Positions 13,200-23,680 of a DNA stretch of 64,000 nucleotides are shown one piece after another. The first letter of the stretch is position 1, and each line of letters starts with the position of its first letter. Location of the stretch: the NCBI GenBank assembly GCA_964106645.2, contig OZ067038.1; one strand, written 5' to 3'. The notes beneath the pieces were generated by a model. That model saw nothing but the letters and a program-made list of their open reading frames with translations, was not told the origin of the DNA and searched no databases. The DNA comes from Podarcis pityusensis (lineage: Eukaryota). Both the position numbers and the translations under genes were made by a program.

Positions 13200-14915
13200 T
13201 GTCTGTTCATAGTTCCAGCCAGTCTTGTCCCCCTCCAGGGAACTCCATTCCATACTCCCATCCTTCGCCACAATAGTCAGTCAATGTTTAATGTCCACTG
13301 AGCATGCTCAGTCTTCACTGGGCTGTTTTTGGGTTCCCAACTTACCAGATTTATTTTTTTCCTAACAAGTTCTTCTACCTCTTTGGGTTTCCCAAAGCAT
13401 GTGGATTCCTCCCTCTTGTGCATGGATGGTGCTGTTCTGGATATGGAAGGACTGACACACAGACAATTGGATTCACTATAAGGGTACATGACGCAATTTT
13501 ATCCTCTGCATTATTATTATTTTTTTTGAAAAATCCTTTAAAAGAAAAGCAGCGGCCCATTATCATGCTGCAAGATCATCAAGAGAAACAAGAATCCTGC
13601 TTCAATGCATCACTTCTGCCAAGGCAAGCTTCAAAAACCCTATTATTATTTATTAGCCATGTTCTTTACAAGGCAGTAGCCCTTTAGTGCTTTCTCTAGA
13701 CAAGCAACCCAATTCAGAAATCACTATGTGCACTGACCTCTTGCCCACTTGGGAAGATCCTCATTCATTTTAATGGTGGGAAGAATGCAACGTTGTGCCA
13801 CAGGGATTGTTCCGGCAGGGCAGGCGTTTTGGCTTACCAGACAGAACAATTCCCTGCTCTCCTCGGACTGCATGCCGTTCCAGGGGTTGCCCTGATCCCC
13901 TCTCCAGACCCATTTTGGGGGATATGCAGAGAGGAGGGAGAAAAACTTTAAATCTAATGCATGCATTTTTGCACAAATCTGGTAAATGTTTGAGTCGCAA
14001 ACCGTATCACATATTTCAGAAAAGCGAAAACAAATGAAGTGTTCTGATCTGCATATTAGTCCACAGACAAATAAAATTCTTGACTACCCATGCTGAACTT
14101 AGTTCAAAATAGTCTTACTGAAATGTGACTGAGCCTATGTTAATGGTATCATCTATAATTTATATGATGCTTTTTAAGAGCTTAAAATATTTCACTTAAA
14201 ATCCCAGGGCTAGTTTAAAACGTATGATCAATTTCAACTAGGACGTTCATGATGTAGCTAAGACCCACCCCACCCCCCCAAAAAAAACAGTGAAAGCCCT
14301 TCCTATTTGTATTTTTCTTTCCTCTGTCCCCCACCCCATCTAAAATGAAATTCAGTGGTTGTCGTAATAGGTTTGTGATAGACAGACAAATGAATTGACC
14401 CCCTGATTAATGGGGAGGAAAAGATTTAGCACAGGTTATTTAAAAGCTTATTCCTGTTTCTCTTTAAGAGCTGTTTAACTTTAACGGAATTTTATGGACA
14501 CGCAGCTAAAGGAGGGGAAATACTGTCTCTACTAAACATTCAACCCTAGTAGCTGCCCAGTCAGACTGTATACCTGAAGGAGCGTCTCTACCACCAGCCC
14601 AGACCCTGAGACCCAGCTCAGGGGGCCTTCTGGCAGTTCCCTCATTGTGACAAGTGAGGCTACAGGGAACCAGGCAGAGGGCCTTCTTGGTGGTGGCGCC
14701 ACCATGTGGAACACCCTCCCATCAGATGTCAAGGAAATAAAACAACTATAGGACTTTCAGAAGACATCTGAAGGCAGCCTTGTACAGTGGTACCTCGGGT
14801 TAATTAATTCGTTCCGGAGGTCCGTTCTTAACCTGAAATTGTTCTTAACCTGAAGCACCACTTTAGCTAATGGGGCCTCCCGCTGCTGCCGCGCCGGAGC
14901 ACAATTTCTGTTCTC

Positions 14916-16079
14916 TCTCTTTTTTCTTTTTTTTTTAATAATTTTTATTAACAGGCCAATCACATCACATTATCATATCACATTAGTTCCAAATTATACA
15001 GCCAAATTTTAAATTTTGTTGGGGGTGCCCATACATCAAGCTCGGCTCGAGTCCAAAACAGCATCACTTATCTTACTGCTTTCATTAGACAGTTCTGTCC
15101 AGTTTGATCCGGATAGTCCTTTATTACTTCCTTTCTCTTCTTGTTGTTATCATAAATTCCTTTCTTTGCAATCTCTGATGATTTTCACAAGCAGGTTGAA
15201 AGCTGGCATTCTATGTGGATTTTTGTACTCTTCCAAAAATCATATCGATCAGGGACAGCCTCTGTACAAAGCTTCCATACACAAAATTAGTCTCCGATCT
15301 GTCCTTTATTTTTCAAATAAATCAAATGAGTCTGGGGGCTCTGTCTGGTCAAACTTGCATTCCAACATTCCTTCTCGTTCGAACAGTCCTGATTCTCCTC
15401 CCCCAGTCCTTCCTCCGACAAGCCTGTCTTAGCGAGACGCCATATTTTAACTGCGTCATAAGAATTTTCCACTTTTCTCACCATTCTCCAGTCTTCTTTC
15501 CTGTTTTAATCCATCCCACATAGTTCTTAAAATCCTGCCTGTGATTCATAAAAACGCAACGATCTTGTTTCTATCTGGGGTGAAGGGTTATTTATGTCAC
15601 ATAATGCAGGGGGGGGAAATAGTTTTTTTCCTCCACCCCCCCTTCGTTCCAAACATACAATCTCCTTGTGGTAGTTCATCAGAAGATTTACTTATCCGTC
15701 CGTCACTCCTGGTCACAGAGATCCGTAAATCAGCAGTCTTATATTCGAGTTTTACTTGATGTATGTGCTTTCAGCTTTATTTCCAATCATATGTTTCCAA
15801 TTATAATTCCAAGCTGAAGCAACCAGCACACGCTGATTGGAATCGGCATCAGGAAGATCTGACTTCACCGAGGGCCTTTTGCCAAGTGTTCGGCACCCCC
15901 CTCACTTGTATCAGGGGGTGCATTGTGAACACCGCTGGCAGGGCAGAGCCCCCCCCCCCGCATCCTGGGGGGGCATTAGGAAGGCTGCCTACTTCCCATA
16001 GCAGCCCCTTAGTACCTCGTATGGGTCAGAGAGATGTTATTGTCAGCCATCTTCCAACGTGCCACCTGGTGCCCCCCCC
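14916..16079 (-). mobile_element. ~1.16-kb poly(A)-tailed non-coding L1-dependent retroelement inserted in a MITE
   Basis: 16-bp TSD CAC(A/G)ATTTCTGTTCTC (14900-14915 / 16080-16095). Poly-T and TTTATT at the left end; the 5' end reads G8-CACCAGGTGGCACGTTGGAAGATGGCTG. Confidence 0.8.
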
Positions 16080-16127
16080 CACGATTTCTGTTCTCATCCT
16101 GAAGCAAAGTTCTTAACCTGAGGTAAT

Positions 16128-16494
16128 CTTCAGTAGATTTATTGCTTTATTGTTCGGCGCCCAGCCACACTTCCCCTGGGAGCCGTAGATCGTAAAGCAA
16201 TTAGCAGAGTTACACAGCGGCGTGTGTCGAAAGAGCAGTAAATGAGTCCCAAACGTTTCTTCTGTCCTAATATCTCTTTATTGGCACAAAAGTAGCGTAT
16301 TTACAAACTCCAACTTCCATCTGATTCAAGCTGCATCTTCTCCCTCTGCTTGCAGCGACGCAACAAACTGCTTTCGATTTCCACTCAGTACACAGCATTC
16401 CAAGCTGCTTTCGTCACGTCCTGGCTTATTTCCCTTGTAAGCCCATCCCCTCAGTCTCGAGACACAGAAGGTTAACCCTTCACTACACCCAACA
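16128..16494 (-). mobile_element. LTR-like insertion inside the MITE
   Basis: GGTAAT duplicated either side; right end CCCAACA (TGTTGGG on -); minus-strand AATAAA. The left end is not canonical. Confidence 0.5.
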
Positions 16495-16608
16495 GGTAAT
16501 ATTTCTGGGTTAGTGGAGTCTGTAACCTGAAGCGTATGTAACCTGAAGCGTCTGTAACCCGAGGTACCACTATATAGGGAAGTTTTTAATGCTTTATGTT
16601 TTAGTGTA

Positions 16609-16856
16609 CAGTCAAACCTCGGTTTTCGAACATCACGGCTGCCGAAAATTTCAGAAGCCAAACACTGAAAACCTGGAAGTGAATGCTTCCATTTTCAAAT
16701 ATGCCTCAGAAGTCGAACAGCTTCTGAGGCGCCTTTTTCATTCTCCACCCCCCCCCATTGACTTTGCAGCCTGCTCTTTGATCCTCGGTTTTCAAACATT
16801 TCGGAAGTTGAATGGACTTCTGGAACGGATTACGTTCAAAAACCGAGGTTCCACCA
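16609..16856. mobile_element. Tc1/mariner-type MITE, second family
   Basis: TA-CAGTCAAACCTCGGTTTT ... AAAACCGAGGTTCCACCA-TA. Confidence 0.75.
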
Positions 16857-16974
16857 TATTTGATGTTTTAATTTGCTGGAAGCCGCCCACAGTGGCAACC
16901 CAGTCAGATGGGCAGCATATAAATGATAAATTAGTTCAAGTAGCATTGTTATTATGGCGATATCAAATAGTGAT

Positions 16975-17111
16975 TTCCTTCACTGGAGGTTTTTAAGCAG
17001 AGGTTGAATGGCCATCTATAATGGATGCTTTAGCTGAGATTCCTGCATGGCAGGGGGGCTGGACTAGATGACCCGTGGGTCCCTTCCAATCTAAAATTCT
17101 ATGATTCTATG
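16975..17111 (+). mobile_element. CR1 3' tail
   Basis: GGACTAGATGACC...CCCTTCCAA...ATTCTATGATTCTATG terminus. Confidence 0.8.
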
Positions 17112-18059
17112 AATACAATAAAAATATAACATTTTTTGGTCATTTCTCATGTTTACAAAACCAAGTCAGAAATAAAAAATTTAAGCCTCGTGGGGTCATA
17201 CAATTTTTTCCTTCCCATTATTTTTTGTTGGGGGTGGGGAGTTAAAATCAACATAATACCAGCAACAGGAACACCATACGGATTTGGGTTTCGTTCCAAC
17301 AGCCCCATTATCTTCAGGTCACCCAACCATACTGCACGATCCACGGTAAGATCCACAGATATCCTTCTGCCCAATCAATATATCAAGTTCTTCAGCGAGG
17401 GGAAATCAAGTTGAGATACCACTGGTTAGCTGAAATGAAATTGGCCGTGTTTGCATGTATGCAAGCCAAAGATAACGTTAATCGTTAGGCTTATGAACTA
17501 GGAAGTTGACAGCTTGCTTCTCATGATTCAGATTCTCAACTTATTCGTTTTATAAAACAAATATAGTAATTCCCCCCCGTACAAAAGCAGCCAACCTTGT
17601 AAGACTAGACTAGAACCATCTCATACAAAAAAGCAAGATTATGCAGAAAAGAAACTAAATAATACAATTAAGTCACCTAATTAACAAAAAAAAAAATGCT
17701 CTGCCAATAAAGTACGTTGGGAAATGGCTGTTCCAACCCCACATGATACTTGATACCTTTTTTTCTGCTACGTTTCTTAAAATTAGGCTCTACTTTATGC
17801 CAAGATTCAGAGACTGAATGAAAGCAACTTCCCCATGGGAACCACTTAATGTGCACAGTGTCTGGCTCATGGCACACATCTCTTGTTCAACGCGAAGAGC
17901 CTCTGCACTGCCACCAGGGACAAATGTTTCCACCAGCCTTTACTTTGCTGGCATAATGCGCTGGCCGACCCTCAATTTTGTTGTCAGGAAACAAAAGTGC
18001 AATAAGGAAAATGCTTCTTTGAAACATATGTTTATACAGTGTCTGGTGTTAGCATTTAT

Positions 18060-18560
18060 TTATTTGGCGGGGGGTGGGATGCTAGGATGTATTAATACAG
18101 TTGTGGGGAAAGAATTAAAAATTTCAGAAGATAACATCACTTTCAACTACATACCTAATTTATGGGGCTTGAAAATCAGTCAACGTAAATGGATTCTCCT
18201 GGCCTCACCATCTGCAAGAATATTGATATTGATACATTGGAAGGATAAAAATAAATGGCCTCCTTTGATCAATGGACAGACAACGTGACGACGCTTGCAA
18301 CCTTTGAATGGATCGCTTTCAGACCAAGATTATGTATGGACCAATTTAATCATATTTGGAAAGTATTTAACGAAACCATAGTGAATCGTGAACTGACGTA
18401 TACATGAGGGAGATAAGTCGTCTGTTTACATATATATAACATAGGCCTAAGTACATTTTAATGTTACACTGTTATTGCTGTAATCCTGTTTTCTTTTGTT
18501 TCTTCCCCCCCCACACACTTCCTTTTTCTTTTTTTCTTTAACTCACTGTAAAACTTTCAA
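18060..18560 (+). mobile_element. L1-clade ORF2 C-terminus and 3' UTR remnant
   Basis: ARILILIHWK...PP..W pattern followed by a pyrimidine-rich UTR. Confidence 0.6.
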
Positions 18561-18561
18561 T

Positions 18562-18590
<29 letters not shown>

Positions 18591-18595
<5 letters not shown>

Positions 18596-18815
18596 TACCT
18601 TGGGTTACATACGCTTCAGGTTACAGACTCCGCTAACGCAGAAATAATACCTCGGGTTAAGAACTTTGCTTCAGGTTGAGAACAGAAATCACGCGGTGGC
18701 GGCGCAGCTGCAGCGGGAGACCCCATTAGCTAAAGTGGTGCTTCAGGTTAAGAAGAGTTTCAGGTTAAGAACGGACCTCTGAAACGAATTCAGTACGTAA
18801 CCAGAGGTACCACTG
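18591..18815 (+). mobile_element. Tc1/mariner-type MITE
   Basis: (C)AGTGGTACCT...AGGTACCACTG-TA; left end merges into (AG)n. Confidence 0.85.
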
Positions 18816-20070
18816 TAATGTGCAAAGGCTTTCTAAATTTCTGTGTAATAAACTTTCAGTGCTTTGCATAAGAAGAGGGGGCCCCATTGGACTATAGTGC
18901 TAAAAACTCAGGTAGAGCTGAAAGAAGACAGGACATGGTTTAAAAAGTCCAAAATGAAGGGATTGTTCCTTTGAGCATAACACGAAGGAGGTCTTTTTGC
19001 TTAGGCCGAAAACAGCTAACTGTGTTGGACAGTTACAGGGCTGCCAATGATCCACACAACTAAAAAATGTGTTGTCCATTCAAACGAGAGTCTTGCAAGA
19101 CCCAACTCTCAAGCAGCACATTAGCAAGCTACTAGCACAGCTTAAGCACATAGTTACAAAGCATCTTTTCTCACTGGGACCTAAGACTTCGCCCCAGAAT
19201 CCTCGCTGGGAAACTTGACACTATGCATGCTATTTCTGGTAAGAACACTCTCCATGAAATGATGTCTCAAAACTAATTAAAATATCGTAGCGCAAATAAG
19301 ACAGGCATAGATATGCCAAGGACTGAATCTATGTTCTGTAACATGGGTGTGGGAACCTCTTTCAACTAGCCGCTTATCTTCTGGGTAACAATTAGATGGT
19401 GCTAGATATTATGCAAGTTTACAAGCTTTTTTTGGGTAAGGAAAAAAAATTTAAGGGAAGATCATTAATACCCAGTACTACGATAAATACTGTTACAAAA
19501 AAAATCTGTTCCACCGAGGGACACTAAAAAATATAGAACTACACTTTGCAAGGACTACTTTCAGTTTCCTTGGAAACAGCATGCCTGGAAACAAAATGTT
19601 TAAAACACTTCATAAGAAATATGACCGAGAGTTGCTTCTACACCACTCCTATTGATTTCAATGGTACCTCCATGGGGGAAAAAATTTGTTCGGCTGATTG
19701 TTTTCAACACAACATTGCCTCCCAAGCTTCTAACTGTCAATTCTGAAAATACCTACAAAATATGTGCACCAAAGGAACATCTTAAGCAGCCTGAAATCTA
19801 CTTACTGCCAAAGATTATGCAAGAAAAATAAATCTGGAAAAATAATACTACATGTGTATCCTCACAGGGCAATTTGGTAAATCTAAATTCAGCTACGTCT
19901 TCTCCAAGTGGGATGATGCACAAGCTTTAGGCAAATAAAACAGCAGCTTAACAACACAATCTTATATGCGTCTGCTCAGGAGTTCAATGGGAACATGATT
20001 GCAGCCCAAGGCATCTGGTTTCAGAAACGACACTTCGCTGGGTGATTATAGCTATGTAACAATCCAATGA

Positions 20071-20436
20071 GGGACGTGGGTGGTGCTGTGGGTAAAAGCC
20101 TCAGCGCCTAGGGCTTGCCGATCAAAAGGTCGGCGGTTAGAATCCCCGCGGCGGGGTGCGCTCCCGTTGCTCGGTCCCAGCGCCTGCCAACCTAGCAGTT
20201 CGAAAGCACCCCCGGGTGCAAGTAGATAAATAGGGACCGCTTACTGGCGGGAAGGTAAACGGCGTTTCCGTGTGCTGCGCTGGCTCGCCAGATGTAGCTT
20301 TGTCACGCTGGCCACGTGACCCGGAAGTGTCTCCAGACAGCGCTGGCCCCCGGCCTCTTGAGTGAGATGGGCGCACAACCCTAGAGTCTGTCAAGACTGG
20401 CCCGTACGGGCAGGGGTACCTTTACCTTTACCTTTA
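20071..20436 (+). mobile_element. Sauria SINE (Squam1-type), full length
   Basis: tRNA-like head GGGACGTGGGTGGTGCTGTGG, (ACCTTT)n tail, TSD TAACAATCCA. Confidence 0.9.
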
Positions 20437-20867
20437 ACAATCCATATTAGGCTAGCAATATCCTAGGTTTGAATACCAGTTGCTGGAAACCACAGAAGAG
20501 GAAGAGTGCTCATGCGCTCATGTTCTGCTCCATGGGTTCCTGCAGGCATCTGGCTGGACACAGTGCAAACAGGATGCTGGACTAAATGGGCCTCTGGCCC
20601 AATCCAGCAGGCTCTTCTTGTGTTCTTACGTTCTTAGTTACCTGGGTAAGAACAAGGCATGTAATCTCCTGTGGTTGCCACCTCCAGCTTCTCTCTTGCC
20701 CCAATACGACCAGTTTACTACGTTTATATACTGTCTTTCTGGCAGAGTACTCAAGGCGGTTCACAGCTTAAAATGACCAACAGTATGATGGAGATGCAAC
20801 AAAAACAAAGGGGGAGCGGGAGGGGAAAGGAAAGCAAGAAGATTTGAGTACCAGAGCTGCTATATAA

Positions 20868-22685
20868 GAGGACTTCCGGGTTAGCGCGATCGACTAATGG
20901 CGGATTCCCTCCGAGCTCCGGAGGGAATCGGCTCTGCTGGAGACGGGTCTTACCGCGACGGCGACGCGGAGACCCTCAGAAACCGCAAGCGCGGAAGCCT
21001 GCGGACTTGGTGACTTGGTGGGCACCTTAAGCGCCCCCTCCGACCCACGAAGAGCCTTTTTAAAGGCTTCGGAGAGGGTACGGAGAGTGGCGTGGTGCTG
21101 GGAGTAGACCGCTACTTCAGTGGAGCGAAGCCGTGTGCCATGGTCGGAGAGCGCTGACTTTTTTCCCTAAATTTGGACCTGAAAAGAAACAACCCGTGAG
21201 TAGAACGGAATTTGGACTTTAAAATGTTTACCTTTGAATTCGGTACGACCGGGGGATGTGTTAAAGGGAAGTCCGCACCCCCCCCCTACAAACGATCTAA
21301 AGCAAGAACAGGAGAAGTAAGGTGGAGAGTCTACCCTTCTCGGCGCAAGCTAAAGGATATTAATTTCCACGATTTGATAAAAGAAGTTTTGAGCTGGAGT
21401 GTGAGAGCGGAACATTAGAAGTTTTTTTTTTTATGTGCAACCCCCCCTCCCGGACCCGGGAGCGTCCTGTGTCTGAGTCTGTTGAAGAGCAATAAGGAGT
21501 TTGACAGCTGTCAAAGCTGTCAAACGGGCAGTTTAAAGTTAAAAAGTTTGTTACTTAAGATCTCTCTGGACTAAATGTGTTATAATTGAATTAAAGTTGT
21601 TGGAAACAAAGAAACAAACAACGAGGTAAAGGACTGTTGGAAAAAGACTACTAAGTAACCAGAATCCCTCTAGGGGGAATTCTGAGACATTACAATGGCT
21701 GCAGATGGAAAATTACTAGCTGAGATAGAAAGAATGTTTTTCCTCGTGGGAATTTTACAGGAGCAGAGTCTGGCTATGAACAAACAACTCACGACCTTGA
21801 CTTCTGGAACAAGTAGCTCTGCTGAATGCACTAAGGATTTGAATGAGAAAAAATCTGCAGCTGAATTAGAAGAGATATCTCAAGAATTGGAGGAGAGCAA
21901 GCAAGGAATGGAGAAAGCACAGATGGAAAGTACCAACCAGAAGCCTACACCAGTGGACTATAAGGAAGAAGACCCTTGGATTACATGGATTACAAATCTG
22001 CGAAAGATGCGAAAGATGAAGGAGGAGGCCCCTGGAGTATTTGAAATACAGGAACTTAAAAGAAAGAAGAAATATGATTGGGGCCTCCACTCTGAATATG
22101 AAGGATTGGTGGAACTTTTGCAGCAGCTGTTACCAAGTATTCTTGTGGGAAGAAAACCTGGTTTGATTGGGACAGAACTCCTTCGAGACTTGACGACCAA
22201 CACAAAGGACTACCAACAAAACCGGCGGAGAGGGACTGAAAGAGACTTGAAGGCCTCGGACGTGAGGAATCCAGGCTAAGAACTGTTATTGTGGACACGT
22301 ATCAGGGAAGGAACGGAAACCGGGGTTGGGAGGGAGGGGAAAATAGAATTTTAAAAACGTTTATGATTTTTGGGTTTAGCTAATATGATCCATATTTAAT
22401 ATAAAATGGGAAATCGATGGAAGGGAACGTGGGTCCACCTTAGGAAAGAATTTAATTTTTTTTTATAAGAGATGTAATATTAATATGGTAAGGAGGAGAA
22501 ATAACAACTTGCTGATTTAATTATGGGAATTGGGATGTAGGAAGGGGGGGTGGGGGGAAGTCAAGGAACAAGGTTAAGAAAGTAAGGTTTTGAAATTATA
22601 CATGTTTTTGTCTGTGTCTTTTTTGTGTGTGGGATGTCTTTATAAAATGTGAAAATCCAATAAAAATTTTATTAAAAAAAAAAAA
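20868..22685 (+). mobile_element. Full-length ~1.8-kb non-autonomous L1-type (HAL1-like) retroelement with a single ORF
   Basis: Flanking direct repeat AGAGCTGCTATATAAGAGG (20853-20871 / 22686-22704; its last bases may be the element start). CpG-rich 5' UTR, AATAAA 22659-22664 plus A-tail, no RT or endonuclease. Confidence 0.85.
21695..22279 (+). CDS. 194-aa E/K-rich, coiled-coil-like protein encoded by the non-autonomous retroelement (possibly ORF1-derived)
   Basis: Uninterrupted ORF, strong Kozak acaATGg, A-rich L1-like codon usage, in the ORF1 position of the element. Confidence 0.55.
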   Translation: MAADGKLLAEIERMFFLVGILQEQSLAMNKQLTTLTSGTSSSAECTKDLNEKKSAAELEEISQELEESKQGMEKAQMESTNQKPTPVDYKEEDPWITWITNLRKMRKMKEEAPGVFEIQELKRKKKYDWGLHSEYEGLVELLQQLLPSILVGRKPGLIGTELLRDLTTNTKDYQQNRRRGTERDLKASDVRNPG

Positions 22686-22776
22686 AGAGCTGCTATATAA
22701 GAGGGTTCAGGAAAGGAAGGACCCAAATTGCAGCTGCTTCAAGTCAAACCTTTGGTTGACAAAATATTTCAAAATA

Positions 22777-23011
22777 CAGTGGTACCTCGGGTTACAGACG
22801 CTTCAGGTTACAGACGCTTCAGGTTACACTCCGCTTACCCAGAAATAGTACCTCGGGTTAAGAAGTTCAGGATGAGAACAGAAATCGTGCTCCGGCGGCG
22901 CAGTGGCAGCGGGAGGCCCCATTAGCTAAAGTGGTACTTCAGGTTAAGTACAGTTTCAGGCTAAGAACGGGCCTCCGGAACAAATTAAGTACTTAACCCG
23001 AGGTACCACTG
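22777..23011 (+). mobile_element. Tc1/mariner-type MITE
   Basis: TIR CAGTGGTACCTCGGGTTA / TAACCCGAGGTACCACTG. Confidence 0.88.
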
Positions 23012-23073
23012 TCCTAGGTATTGGGGCAGGAGGGGATAATTAGACGAATTCCTATGCCCTGTTATTTATGCCA

Positions 23074-23680
23074 TGTCATCGCCGTATAATAAGTTGCTCA
23101 GCTCTTGCCAGCAGCACTAAATGATGAAAAGCTGTGAGGAACTCTCAATGGAAGGATATAAGCACAGCACAAGGGATAAGAGTATCCACGGCGGGGGGAG
23201 AGGAGGAATTTGCTGAAAGTAACCCCTTTCCTGCTGTGGGGGAAGTCGTGTTCTCCAGCCTCAACCCTCCTTCAAGCCTGGAAGGAAGATGCAGACAGGG
23301 AAGAGCACCACTCAGGGAAGCAACAGCCCCCAGCTTCTATACCAGAGGGTATTGCTTTGACAGACTCAGAAGACGCTGTTTCAGTGCAGCCCCCATGCCA
23401 TAGGAGCCAATGACTACAGAACCAGACAGCAGTTTTTTCACAGCACCTACAGCTTCGCAGGGAAGGTGGGTCCATGGCAGGACCCATCCTGTCAGACTTT
23501 GTGAGGCCTCTGCATTCTGCTGAGACAACACCCCTCCTCCTGAGAGCATCTTCCACAGTGTGCTATCCAGGGTACTGAAAGAACTTCTCTTCCCTCTCAA
23601 GGCCCTATCTTATTGGATGTGGCTCTGCCTCTGCTCAGTACGCTTACGCCCTGAGGCACAGTCTGTGATCGGTTGTGACA
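23074..23680 (+). mobile_element. Possible solo LTR
   Basis: TGTCA...TGACA ends and similar size to the outer LTR at 10924; TSD not matched. Confidence 0.4.

Larger units (their letters stand above)
14785..16572 (-). mobile_element. Tc1/mariner-type (pogo/Tigger-like) MITE interrupted by two insertions
   Basis: TIR CAGTGGTACCTCGGGTT, TA duplication (14783-84 / 16573-74). The pieces rejoin to the family seen at 22777 and 55230, in reverse orientation. Confidence 0.88.
14566..16925 (+). mobile_element. L2-clade LINE 3' end split by nested insertions (14566-14784, 16575-16608, 16859-16925)
   Basis: Same family as 710-1381; the sequence resumes correctly after each MITE. Confidence 0.8.

Noticed and set aside
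17150-17440. Coding-looking CpG-containing stretch on the minus strand with an acceptor-like site
   Set aside because: All three frames contain stops within the putative exon and there is no recognisable homology.
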